From positions 1 to 28,559 of IMG/VR virus record IMGVR_UViG_3300048080_000045: 28,559 nucleotides of DNA; one strand, given 5' to 3'. Below the pieces are notes generated by a model. That model ran no database searches. It was given only the letters and a program-made list of their open reading frames with translations, and was not told the DNA's origin. This stretch comes from a virus. Lineage: Duplodnaviria > Caudoviricetes. Positions within the stretch are counted from its first letter, which is position 1. Every line of letters starts with the position of its first letter. A program made the position numbers and the translations under genes. Positions 7,927-17,134 of the stretch are shown one piece after another.

Positions 7927-8138
7927 GGTGTTGTGTCGAGTAACGTTTGGCGATGGCGCCGTGACGCCCCGCGTAGTCCGGTGCGGTCTAGTGCCGTGAG
8001 GCAAAGGCAAAGTACTGTTAAGTTAAGAAAAGTTTGGCAAAGGCATCGCTTGGCTTGGTCGAGTCGCGTGAGGTTTGGCAATGGTGTCGTAAAGCATTGT
8101 AATGTTTTGCAAAGGCAAAATACAGTATTGTCAGGCGC
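7925..8138 (+). repeat. NGY-NN pentamer array punctuated by GGCAAAGGC-like motifs (VIPR-like candidate guide RNA array)
   Basis: Punctuation motifs start at 7949, 8000, 8036, 8077 and 8108. Spacings of 51, 36, 41 and 31 are all 5n+1, and GT/GC recurs every 5 nt between them. Confidence 0.75.
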
Positions 8139-8148
8139 AACATATTAT

Positions 8149-8164
8149 TGTTTCACGTGAAACA
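8149..8164. promoter_or_regulatory. parS: parS site (perfect consensus palindrome)
   Basis: TGTTTCACGTGAAACA is the canonical ParB/Spo0J binding sequence. Confidence 0.8.
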
Positions 8165-8262
8165 CGAGCCGTTCCCTGACTTTCCGCGACCTGCCTTACC
8201 GGTGTAGGCCTCGCGGATAACAGACGACGGACGGCAGTCTGGCGAGATTATTCACGTAAATT

Positions 8263-8682
8263 TTACTCCCCCGGTGCAGGATCCGGCGTTGCATCGCACG
8301 GAAAGTAACGTATCCAAGTTCCCCCATCCATGTACTCGAAACACCACTCAATATACTGATAGTCATTGTCGTATGGATCGGCGTCCATTGTCGCCTGAAT
8401 ATCCGCGCCCCAGGTCGGTTCAATATCATCCGGTTCTGGCGTGTCTTCTATCGGCGTCTCATCCGGCCAACACCTATCCATCGGTGGATTGTAAATCTCC
8501 CCATCCGGGCAACTGGGTAGTGACGTTTCATCTGCTGTCGCTTCCAGCGTAGAAATTGTTATAGGCGCATCATTGCCGAGCGCATCCCGGTCAACTGGCT
8601 CAAGTCGTGTCAACCCCGACACGTTGACCGCTCCGGCAAGAGTCGCGCCGAGTGTGATAATAGTTAGAAGTTGTTTTATCAT
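8263..8682 (-). CDS. Secreted/membrane-anchored acidic hypothetical protein
   Basis: Start MIKQLL overlaps the upstream stop; N-terminal hydrophobic signal; Asp/Pro-rich with four Cys. Confidence 0.7.
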   Translation of the reverse strand: MIKQLLTIITLGATLAGAVNVSGLTRLEPVDRDALGNDAPITISTLEATADETSLPSCPDGEIYNPPMDRCWPDETPIEDTPEPDDIEPTWGADIQATMDADPYDNDYQYIEWCFEYMDGGTWIRYFPCDATPDPAPGE

Positions 8683-9407
8683 ATTGACCTCATCCTCCAT
8701 GCTCCCACGAAATGCAAAGTAAAATCTGCTGAAGCGCCAGGGCCGCTAGTTCCCCTAATTGCAATACATCCCGATGTTGCAGTCGAACAGGAATTCTCAA
8801 CCAAATACATATCCGTGATTGCTCCTAATAATGGCATGGCACTGGCATTGCGTGGGCCGATCATGAAGAATCTTTGACAAGTGCTTGTTTTTCCGACTAA
8901 CCAAGCATAATACCACCCGCCGCGAGATGCAGTATTCGAACTATGAGATGCTCCAATAGGAATCCAATACCCTATCGTTTCATTAGCGGCAGTATTAACA
9001 AGCGCCAAATTCAGTTCAGCGCAAGTATTGGCATTATTGAAATAGGTGCAAAATGCGGCAATGAATACAGCATCGTTTGCACCCAGATAGCTGGCGGCAT
9101 TGAATCCCCATACATCCCGACTCGTTCCGTCGGACAGCAATGTTGATGCAAGTGTTGAAACTTTTATCGGATAAAACGAATGCGTCCATTCCGGCGCAGT
9201 CCCGCCGCTGGCAACGGTCAAGGCCGTCCTTGCCGAACCTGCCGCCAGTCGGGTAAGTGTGTTCTTGGCAGTGGCGTAAACCAAATCAGCCGCCGTTGTT
9301 ACTGTCGCCGTTTCACTCGCGTTAAGGTTGTCGCGCAGATGTGTATTGAGCAATGCGGCGGTTACAATTTGATTCACTGTCCAGCGAATAGGAACCGTCC
9401 AAGCCAT
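8679..9407 (-). CDS. Tail fibre/receptor-binding protein paralog 3
   Basis: N-terminal MAWTVP..W....VTAALLNTHLRDNLN is shared with the two upstream genes; located at the end of the tail module. Confidence 0.7.
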   Translation of the reverse strand: MAWTVPIRWTVNQIVTAALLNTHLRDNLNASETATVTTAADLVYATAKNTLTRLAAGSARTALTVASGGTAPEWTHSFYPIKVSTLASTLLSDGTSRDVWGFNAASYLGANDAVFIAAFCTYFNNANTCAELNLALVNTAANETIGYWIPIGASHSSNTASRGGWYYAWLVGKTSTCQRFFMIGPRNASAMPLLGAITDMYLVENSCSTATSGCIAIRGTSGPGASADFTLHFVGAWRMRSI

Positions 9408-10169
9408 CTATACCGCCCTCGTCAACCACAATCCGGCAAAGCGCAAAATGCAAGAAATAGTTGCCGCCGCCGCACTATGGGTAATAGTAATGATGATATT
9501 ATGCGTTCCGCTTGATAAATCAATAGCACTCGTTGTCTCATTGATATAACTATCACATGCCTGACCAAGAGATAATGCCACAAGTGCCGTAGGTAATCCA
9601 GCTCCCGAATTCAAAAAATATTCCAGCGTATGTCTCTGAGAATCTACTGCGCCTTTATTTGCCAGAGTGTAATCCATCCATCCTAGACGACGAGACGCAC
9701 TCGTCGGATGAGCTAATACACTAATCGGCGTGAATATAACCGTTGAATCGGTTTTTATTTTTATGGTCAGGTTTCTATTGACGCCTGAATTGTTTAGATA
9801 CGATAAAAGGAAAAACAATTTTACTGCGCTTGTTGTTCCGAGCAATGTTCCGCCAATATCCGGGCTTGTATATATCGTCGTTTCGCTGGCGGTGTTGACT
9901 ACTTCCGTATCCTCCGTAACAATGTCCAGCGGCGCATAAGACTCTGCCCATTCCGGTATAGTTCCGGCGCTGTTGATAGTCAATGCCTCGTAAGTCGAAC
10001 CTATGGCAAGCGGTAATATGAAGTTTGGAAGTCCGGCATAAAACACATCTCCTGCCGCCGATGCTACACCTGCCGCCGATACGTTAAGATTATCACGCAG
10101 GTTGGTATTCATAATTGTGGCCGTGATGACCTCTAGGGTCGTAAATGTGCGCGGGGTATTCCAGGCCAT
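9408..10169 (-). CDS. Tail fibre/receptor-binding protein paralog 2
   Basis: MAWNTP...NTNLRDNLN; full-length similarity to 10171-10917. Confidence 0.7.
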   Translation of the reverse strand: MAWNTPRTFTTLEVITATIMNTNLRDNLNVSAAGVASAAGDVFYAGLPNFILPLAIGSTYEALTINSAGTIPEWAESYAPLDIVTEDTEVVNTASETTIYTSPDIGGTLLGTTSAVKLFFLLSYLNNSGVNRNLTIKIKTDSTVIFTPISVLAHPTSASRRLGWMDYTLANKGAVDSQRHTLEYFLNSGAGLPTALVALSLGQACDSYINETTSAIDLSSGTHNIIITITHSAAAATISCILRFAGLWLTRAV

Positions 10170-10170
10170 G

Positions 10171-10917
10171 TTATACCGCCCTCGTCAGCCACAACCCGGA
10201 ATGTCGAATGATGAGTGACTGGGTTGAGTTTGCCGATCCATGCTCAACGGTCATAATGATGTTGTGTATACCAGTAGATAAATCAACGGCGGTCGTCGTG
10301 TAGTTCATAATGGCCGATTGAGCGCCGCCAACGCTAGTTATCGCTCCGGTTGCCGCTGTTGCCTGAGATGATAAAAAATGTTTTTGTGAACTGGCAGATT
10401 GATTCTGTAATAGCATGTAATGAAATACCGTCGCTCTTCTGGTCACGCTGGTTACGTGCGACGCATCGTTTATAACAGTAAACAAGACTGTTGAATCCAA
10501 CTTTATCTTCACAGTTAAATCTTGTGTGGCTCCGGTATTGTTCAGATACGACAAGACCCACTCAAGTTTTATAGTATTGGTTGTCCCCAATAAATTGCTC
10601 CCGATATTTGGACTGGTATATATCGTCGCTTCGGCGGCATTGTTCAATATTTCGGCATCTTGAGTAATCACGTCAAGTGGGATATAACCTTCGCCCCACG
10701 TCGTAGCGGTCTGTCCGGCATTCATGGTCAGCACTTGATACGGACTGCCAATTGCTAGACGAGTGAGCGCCTTGTTTCCCGTCGCATAAAATGTATCTCC
10801 GGCTGTTGTACACACAGCGGGCGCAAGCGTGTTGAAGTTGTCCCGGATGTGGGTATTGAAGTTTGCCGCCGTTGGTACTTGGCCCGATGTCCAAGTCGCC
10901 GGTGTCGTCCAGGCCAC
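10171..10917 (-). CDS. Tail fibre/receptor-binding protein paralog 1
   Basis: MAWTTPATW...NTHIRDNFN; ends GLWLTRAV like paralog 2. Confidence 0.7.
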   Translation of the reverse strand: MAWTTPATWTSGQVPTAANFNTHIRDNFNTLAPAVCTTAGDTFYATGNKALTRLAIGSPYQVLTMNAGQTATTWGEGYIPLDVITQDAEILNNAAEATIYTSPNIGSNLLGTTNTIKLEWVLSYLNNTGATQDLTVKIKLDSTVLFTVINDASHVTSVTRRATVFHYMLLQNQSASSQKHFLSSQATAATGAITSVGGAQSAIMNYTTTAVDLSTGIHNIIMTVEHGSANSTQSLIIRHSGLWLTRAV

Positions 10918-11297
10918 TAGGTAATCACTCCATGCGTTTCATTCTCGCGCCGTAAATCTTCCAATGTCTCACCTGCCTGCCAGTTCTGATTTTCTGCCAT
11001 TTCACGCGTAAGTAGAATTGATTCGATTTCATCCCGCTCGTCAGGGTAGATGATTGCAATCTGGAAGAATGGCCCTTCATTTTCAAATAGTCGCAGGCGG
11101 TCACGGGGTGGAACAGTAGACAATATCTGCTTGAACATATCCGACAACCCATAGCCGCAATCGTAACAAGCGAATCGTTCGTATAGTTGCGGCCCGCCCA
11201 GGTTTTGAATCGTCAATGCCGAGCGGCATTTTGGACAGTCAGCTATCCAGCGTCCATGATTGACTCTCAGTTGTATTGTGCTCATATCAAAATCCAA
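10917..11297 (-). CDS. Conserved tail-module protein with two CxxC motifs
   Basis: VNHGRWIADCPKC...CYDC...NWQAGETLEDLRRENETHG. Confidence 0.75.
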   Translation of the reverse strand: MDFDMSTIQLRVNHGRWIADCPKCRSALTIQNLGGPQLYERFACYDCGYGLSDMFKQILSTVPPRDRLRLFENEGPFFQIAIIYPDERDEIESILLTREMAENQNWQAGETLEDLRRENETHGVIT

Positions 11298-12771
11298 GAA
11301 TGGCAGTCGTGTTCAATGCCGATGTGCCGAGTATCCAATAACTCGTCGTTGGCGCGGTGTCCACTTCCAATCTAACCTTGTGTAATTTAAATGGTTCGAT
11401 GCTGTGGCTGATAGCTTGCACGAAACAGGCGTAAGATGATAGGCCGGTTTGAGTTTCGGTTAGAGTGATACGTGAGCCAATCTCCAAATCACGGGCATAG
11501 CCCATTACCGTATCATCAGTATTCGCGACGAATGTAATTCCACTCACGGAATCAACCGGGTCTTTGTAGAGTGACAGAATGTAATCGGCCATGTCCTGCG
11601 CCGTATCCGGGTCATCCTGTAGCATGGCATTGAACGCCAGAGTCCTTTTTTCGTAAGACGTTTGCGATGATGCAGAAACGGCGGCCAGCGTTGGTGGCGC
11701 AAACACTCTAACTGCAAACCCTCGTACCTGAAGGAGATTTAGGTAGCCGGTAGACGAACCGCTATTCGTCAACTGCAGGTCAACGTTGTTGGCCCGAAGC
11801 GAGGCGGCTATTGTCAATTCAGACGTGATGTTAGTTCCCAGGCCACTAGGCGATGTCCTGAAAATATAATCAGTAGTAGAAGCGGGTGTAATCATGCACG
11901 CCCCACCGATGTCAAAACCGGTTTGATTCGGGTCACGATAGCGAGCGCGATAGGTGACAACCTGGGACGGCGATAGAGTCGGTTCGCGGCTCGTATCCAG
12001 GTTCCAAAGAATTTCACTCGCCGATCCAATAGCTCGCGGATGGGCAGTAACGTTGATGTCGTTGTATACCGAGTCAACTGCCTTTCTGTATTTCATTCCG
12101 GTCATGGAGTTAGTGAATGTCGCTATTGATGTTGTGTCCAAAATCCGGTGATGACGGTTTTCAAATGTAGGATACCCATCACGCCGGATATAGAACCAAC
12201 CCCAGTTAGAGGCGCAGATGTCCTTGATAACCTTCAATGCCCGTTGTCGTGATTTTCCGTAAACCAGATCATCGCTCCATTTATCTCCTGCAAACGGGTA
12301 AATATCCACGTCCGTATCATAGGCTGTGCCAGGCGGGGTATATACGTCATCTATGATAGTGTCTATTAATTCGTCACCGCGCTTGTTTTCCTGTAACGAG
12401 ATATTGACTTCGTGGATTTGCAAAAGCGCCATCGCATCTATACATTGGATGACCGCCCGCCGGTCGCGGTATATCCCGGCACTAGGGGAAATGGAATCTA
12501 TAAATCCGCGAAACAGAGTGACGGTCGTGGCGCTGAAAGTCATCCGCACTTGAAGCGGGCGGCGGGGCAGACGGTTTGATTGTGAGGCAGGGCTGTAGGA
12601 TTTCGAGGAGTTATTGACGACGATTGTGCAAGTTCCGGTATTGGCTATTCGGCTGATGATGTCGGAAAATCCCCGGTCAATATCTATCGAGATTACGTCG
12701 GCGGAGATGTCTGCTTCAAATGATCCGTTGTTATCCCAATCCACCTCTACAAGGTAAGTTGCTGAGGCCAT
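11287..12771 (-). CDS. Minor tail protein (tail tip/hub)
   Basis: 494 aa directly after the tape measure; beta-rich; VEVDWD..G.F...DI N-terminus. Confidence 0.75.
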   Translation of the reverse strand: MASATYLVEVDWDNNGSFEADISADVISIDIDRGFSDIISRIANTGTCTIVVNNSSKSYSPASQSNRLPRRPLQVRMTFSATTVTLFRGFIDSISPSAGIYRDRRAVIQCIDAMALLQIHEVNISLQENKRGDELIDTIIDDVYTPPGTAYDTDVDIYPFAGDKWSDDLVYGKSRQRALKVIKDICASNWGWFYIRRDGYPTFENRHHRILDTTSIATFTNSMTGMKYRKAVDSVYNDINVTAHPRAIGSASEILWNLDTSREPTLSPSQVVTYRARYRDPNQTGFDIGGACMITPASTTDYIFRTSPSGLGTNITSELTIAASLRANNVDLQLTNSGSSTGYLNLLQVRGFAVRVFAPPTLAAVSASSQTSYEKRTLAFNAMLQDDPDTAQDMADYILSLYKDPVDSVSGITFVANTDDTVMGYARDLEIGSRITLTETQTGLSSYACFVQAISHSIEPFKLHKVRLEVDTAPTTSYWILGTSALNTTAILGF

Positions 12772-12778
12772 ATCATTC

Positions 12779-15073
12779 TCATAGAACAGATGTTGCCGGA
12801 ATCAGGTCGCGCATCTGTAACTCGCGGATGACGGCCCTCGCTACCGATGCCGGGTCGCCTGCGCCGTCTATGTTGATATTTACCGTTCCGACACTCGCCC
12901 CACCACCGCGCATGACGAGCGCGCCGCCTTGAGGCACAACAAATTCATTTCGGTGAACGACTCCGGCAATTTCGTTACTCGATCCAAATCCGGTAAATCC
13001 GCCATTCTGAAAACCGCCGCCTGTTGCCGCCGCTCCAGCCGCCGCCGCTCCACCCAGGGCCGAGGCTGCTGCCGAGACTGCACCGACCACAACGTCATGC
13101 GCGACTTGTGCAATTTGTCCGGCCATTTGCAGAACACCGAGAATGATGTTATTGGCAAAATCAATTCCGAACTGTAGAGCATCTCCAAGTTTGGCGCGTA
13201 GATCATTGATAAGGTTTATAAGCCAGTCTTGTATGCCGCTGGTAATGTTCATCGTTCCCTGCGCGACGATTACTTTTAGAAGTTCCCAAACTTCAGTCCA
13301 TATCTGTCCAATTTCCGTAAGCGATGTGTCCATTGATTCGGCTATGGCATTTAGAATTGACGATACCGTTTCTAAAATCGTTTCCCATGCTCCCCGCCAA
13401 TCTCCCTGAATAAGTTGTAGGGCCGCCGCGATGACCCCGGAGATAAGCGTAATCGCTCCGATGATAGTATCGGATACAATAATCCAAGAGATTTGTGTAA
13501 CCCCGGAAATGGTATTGAAATTTTCCGACCACCATTTAGCAAGAGATTCGATTAACTCTCCGGCGGTTGAAATAGCCGTCCCCAAATTCTCGACCAGAAC
13601 CGGCCCAACAATAGCCCACATCTCTTGAACGCTCTTGCTAATCTTCCCCCATAGCTCCGCCATTTGCGGGCCGCGTTCGGCCACCGAGCCGGCGGCAGAT
13701 TGAATTGAGCCGATAAAACTTTGAACCCCATCAATGATTGGCTGAATGAAATCCAGGAATGATTGCCATGCCGTATTGGCTGTCTCTACTGCACCAGGAA
13801 GCTCTGCATTCATCCATCCTGTAAATTCTGTTGCCGCATCTACAACATCGGCTATGACGCCAATAATAGTTGTGAGCATGGCCTGAAAACTAAAGTTGGA
13901 AAAATCCAATCCCAGAAGTTCTCCAATAGTTGAAAACAATCCCCCAATGGAATCCCCCAACTCCTCCAGGCGAGGCCCCAAAACATATAGCGCCGCATCA
14001 AAGTTTTTGCTGAGAGTCTCAGCTACGTCCAAAATTATTGGAGATATTTTCGAGAATGTATCTTGAATAGATGGTAGAAGTTTTTTCCCTATTCCCTCAG
14101 CAACATCTAGTAGATTGTTTTTTAGAATATCCAATTGGCCTGCAAATGTCTTTCCTGACGCTTCTGCCGCGCCGCCGAATTTAGATTCCAGTTGATCAAG
14201 CAATGCCATTTGAGCGCCCATCACGTCGCCCGATTCATACATGGCCTTGATTGAATCCTGTTGCTCTTTCGTCATCCGACCTAATACCCGGCCTAAGAGA
14301 CTAATACCCTGAACAGGATTTTCCAGGGCTTTACCTACCATTTGGGCCGCGCTTCCCAAATCCATCCCCATTGCCGTTGCCATGTCAGCGACGGCCCTTG
14401 TAACATCCGGGAAAATATCCGCGCCAATGTTCTCAAATTTTAATAACATGGTTTGAGCCGATATAACCATGTCATCAGTGAATCGAGTCGTTCTTTGAAG
14501 TTCACTCGCCAACTCTAATATTTTTTCTTTTGTGATTTGGGCTACCGGCGGAACAAGACCCAGCGCGTCAACCAGGGACATTGTTTTAGGGCCAGCATTG
14601 GAAAGCTCCGCCGATAACCCTGACAACTCTTGTTGAAGTCTTTTTAGTTTTATGGCTTCTTCTTCATATACAGTATTAGCGGTTCCGTGTTCGGCGGAAA
14701 TCGCTTCCATCTTTGCCTGCTGTTTGGCAATGGCGATTTCTGTCAGACGATAATCATCTTGAAGTGTTGTCAATGCATCTCCGGTTAATCCGATGCTGGT
14801 AACAATCTGTCCTTGTGCGGCCTGCCACTGCGCCGCCTGTTCTGCCGCCGCCTCGCCAGTTGACCTTAATGCGACATCAAGCATTGCCTCTATCTCTTGC
14901 GCTTCCATTGCCTCTTTGATGGACAGCCCCACCGCCGCTGTCAGACCCGCAAAACCCGCCGCCGCTGCGCCGACTCCAATCGTGAGCGCGCCGCCGAGCA
15001 AGTCGGTGACGTTGCCGATAATTTTTGAAGCATGGTCTTTCGCTTCAAGAATTAGTTCTGCGGTATTAGCCAT
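12779..15073 (-). CDS. Tape measure protein
   Basis: 764 aa, Ala-rich and helical with Trp-spaced repeats; follows the chaperone; C-terminal GGF..GG..G...AGVVHRNEFVVP. Confidence 0.9.
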   Translation of the reverse strand: MANTAELILEAKDHASKIIGNVTDLLGGALTIGVGAAAAGFAGLTAAVGLSIKEAMEAQEIEAMLDVALRSTGEAAAEQAAQWQAAQGQIVTSIGLTGDALTTLQDDYRLTEIAIAKQQAKMEAISAEHGTANTVYEEEAIKLKRLQQELSGLSAELSNAGPKTMSLVDALGLVPPVAQITKEKILELASELQRTTRFTDDMVISAQTMLLKFENIGADIFPDVTRAVADMATAMGMDLGSAAQMVGKALENPVQGISLLGRVLGRMTKEQQDSIKAMYESGDVMGAQMALLDQLESKFGGAAEASGKTFAGQLDILKNNLLDVAEGIGKKLLPSIQDTFSKISPIILDVAETLSKNFDAALYVLGPRLEELGDSIGGLFSTIGELLGLDFSNFSFQAMLTTIIGVIADVVDAATEFTGWMNAELPGAVETANTAWQSFLDFIQPIIDGVQSFIGSIQSAAGSVAERGPQMAELWGKISKSVQEMWAIVGPVLVENLGTAISTAGELIESLAKWWSENFNTISGVTQISWIIVSDTIIGAITLISGVIAAALQLIQGDWRGAWETILETVSSILNAIAESMDTSLTEIGQIWTEVWELLKVIVAQGTMNITSGIQDWLINLINDLRAKLGDALQFGIDFANNIILGVLQMAGQIAQVAHDVVVGAVSAAASALGGAAAAGAAATGGGFQNGGFTGFGSSNEIAGVVHRNEFVVPQGGALVMRGGGASVGTVNINIDGAGDPASVARAVIRELQMRDLIPATSVL

Positions 15074-15649
15074 AGAATTCTTTTTGCAGTTTTATCGCGT
15101 AGTCATACAGCTTCATGTCATTCTCGCTGGGATTAAATTTCCACTTCGAATCCATTGCCTGAAGAATTCTGAAGATTGCATTTTGAGTATTAGATGCCAC
15201 TACTGCCGGAAGAACCCGCGTCTGGTCTTGGGTATCCAGTTCATCAAACGTCCAGCCGAACCGCTCGCAAAGTTGAATCTCAAGCAGTTCTTCGGGCGCG
15301 CCGCCGCCGCTTAGGACGTGCTGGGCGACGGCGGCAACGAGTTTTTTGCCTTGATAATCTCCGCCCGATTTTCGTAGAACGCCTTGATAATCCAGGTTGT
15401 TAATGCCTCGTCAACATCATCAAGTATTTCTGGCCCGCGCGCGCCATTGACGGGCAGTTCAACCAGTTTGCCATCTATGTCGATCATGTTCCAGGCGATG
15501 ACGTAGCTCAAAACAGTTTTCATCGTAAAGAGCGGGTCTTTGCTCTTATCAAGCGTCCGATTGAGCGAGAAGGGATACCCGGACGTTTTGAACTGTACCC
15601 ATACGTCCGGGTAATCGGGGTGGATGGATTTTCGTATGCCGTCTGACAT
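15066..15649 (-). CDS. Tail assembly chaperone long form (GT) via -1 frameshift
   Basis: Slippery A AAA AAC at 15347-15341. The -1 frame reads KLVAAVAQHVL...LCERFGWTFDELD... to TAA at 15066, overlapping the tape measure start. Confidence 0.8.
15311..15649 (-). CDS. Tail assembly chaperone short form (G)
   Basis: Lies between tail tube and tape measure; ends IKAKN-SLPPSPSTS at the slippery site. Confidence 0.85.
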   Translation of the reverse strand: MSDGIRKSIHPDYPDVWVQFKTSGYPFSLNRTLDKSKDPLFTMKTVLSYVIAWNMIDIDGKLVELPVNGARGPEILDDVDEALTTWIIKAFYENRAEIIKAKNSLPPSPSTS

Positions 15650-15677
15650 CTCAAACGACTCCTTTCAATTATATGAT

Positions 15678-16094
15678 TTAGACAACCGATGCCGATAGCG
15701 AACCGCTGGCAATCTGGAAGGCCGCCCCGAACGTGACCGCCGCCGTCACTATTGCCGCTTCATTGTAACTGTTCAACAAAAAGCATCCGGTGAAGAATGG
15801 CGAACCGGCGACTCGCGCCGGATATACCTTGAGCAACGTATTGGATGACCCGCTGGCGGCGTTGGACAACAGGTCTTTTGATGACCCGCCGCTATTCCAG
15901 ATTCCGGCGATGTCAAACGTCACATCGCGCAGGCCGGAAATTCGGTGAACGGTGTCTTTGGAAAATACCGTTACGTCTGGATTATCGCGTGACCAACTGA
16001 GAGTCCAGCTATTCAAATCTCCGGCGATATTCTGACTCGCGCCTGCGCTATCCCAGGCTTCGACAATTGCATTACGTCCGTGTATCTGTGACAT
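15678..16094 (-). CDS. Major tail (tube) protein
   Basis: IHGRNA...DVTVF......ISGLRD.TFDIAG.W is typical of tail tubes; AAGGAG RBS; synteny. Confidence 0.85.
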   Translation of the reverse strand: MSQIHGRNAIVEAWDSAGASQNIAGDLNSWTLSWSRDNPDVTVFSKDTVHRISGLRDVTFDIAGIWNSGGSSKDLLSNAASGSSNTLLKVYPARVAGSPFFTGCFLLNSYNEAAIVTAAVTFGAAFQIASGSLSASVV

Positions 16095-16128
16095 TGTTTA
16101 CTCCTTCAAAGAGACGGTTTCAACCGTG

Positions 16129-16173
16129 AAAACAAAACGCCCCGCCGACTCTCGTTAGAGAATCAGCGGGGCG
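16129..16173 (-). terminator. Intrinsic terminator/attenuator upstream of the tail tube gene
   Basis: CGCCCCGC/GCGGGGCG stem followed by TTTTGTTTT on the minus strand. Confidence 0.7.
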
Positions 16174-16220
16174 ATATTCCGCTTGTATCCCGCCTTGCGC
16201 GGGCGCTTACGTCTGTTTGT

Positions 16221-16226
16221 ATTATA
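16221..16226 (-). promoter_or_regulatory. TATAAT -10 element (weak -35)
   Basis: Perfect TATAAT on the minus strand in an intergenic gap. Confidence 0.5.
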
Positions 16227-16262
16227 GCCTTTCGGACATTGTTACTCTATGACACGCTATGC

Positions 16263-16703
16263 CTATGTAATCTCTTCGGCCACCATTCCAAACCCCACTA
16301 CAAAGAACAACTGCCCGTTGACATCGCGGCCTGATGTATTAATGTCGAAACTAAATCCATTCAGGGTTGACGAGAAAGCTGCGCCGTTCAAGGTGTCGTC
16401 CTTGCGAATCGTGTTATACAGGTCGTCGTGCACCTGCCACACCCGCGATAAAACCAATTCCGGGTCGCCGGTGTCTTTAAGATAGGCTTCACCGTTGATG
16501 CCCCACGCCCGGAGATAACCCCGCGCTGGGGCGTTGTTGTTGCGATTCGGAGTAATCGTCGTCGTGCCGGGCAGAAACATTAGCGCACAGCCTGATGTTG
16601 ATTCGATGATGCCAAAATCACAGGTGCTGATTTCAGTCTCGTCCCAGGGGCCGCAGGCGGTCAGCGTCCTGAATAGCCCGTTGCGAATGGCGGCCAGGCT
16701 CAC
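16263..16703 (-). CDS. Tail terminator/completion protein
   Basis: MSLAAIRNGL...D.TLNG motif; immediately upstream of the tail tube. Confidence 0.7.
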   Translation of the reverse strand: MSLAAIRNGLFRTLTACGPWDETEISTCDFGIIESTSGCALMFLPGTTTITPNRNNNAPARGYLRAWGINGEAYLKDTGDPELVLSRVWQVHDDLYNTIRKDDTLNGAAFSSTLNGFSFDINTSGRDVNGQLFFVVGFGMVAEEIT

Positions 16704-17134
16704 GATCCCATTCCTTCCATCTGGAGAATATCTCCCATGTCGGCCTCTACTTCTGCAACCATTTTTTCAACTGCTTCATGTTCAACGGCATCTCTAATAA
16801 GTACCCAACGACCTTCGTGGATCAATGCCTGACCATGACCAATATAGTTTCCACCGACATTAACTGTGTAATGCCTGCCCTTTTGAACTGCATCGCTCTC
16901 CAACCTTGCGCCGATGATTCCTGTTCCGAGTTTGATAAGCTTAAACGAGCGGCCATAAATACCCGTTCGGATATAGCGTTGATTGGGCAATTCGGGCGGA
17001 TACTTCTGCGCTCGTTCTTTGGCATTGGTCATTAGACGCCATAGAACGCGAAACCCTATTTTGGGAATCGCGTCCCCGACGTTCTTCAACGAGCGCCGGA
17101 CTTTTTCAGATTCAATCTTGACCGTTAACTGCAT
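16700..17134 (-). CDS. Neck/tail completion protein (HK97 gp10-like position)
   Basis: YPP....RYIRTG.YGRS motif; synteny. Confidence 0.65.
   Translation of the reverse strand: MQLTVKIESEKVRRSLKNVGDAIPKIGFRVLWRLMTNAKERAQKYPPELPNQRYIRTGIYGRSFKLIKLGTGIIGARLESDAVQKGRHYTVNVGGNYIGHGQALIHEGRWVLIRDAVEHEAVEKMVAEVEADMGDILQMEGMGS

Noticed and set aside
7925-8138. CRISPR array
   Set aside because: The constant motif is only ~9 nt and the intervening sequence is itself periodic; there are no 23-47-nt direct repeats.
8170-8245. Self-cleaving ribozyme at the arm junction
   Set aside because: A CCGCGA/TCGCGG stem exists, but I could not find hammerhead, HDV-like or twister core motifs.
8679-10917. Diversity-generating retroelement acting on RBP C-termini
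   Set aside because: There is no reverse transcriptase in the window and no ~100-bp template/variable repeat pair. The shared 3' ends are short and explained by paralogy.
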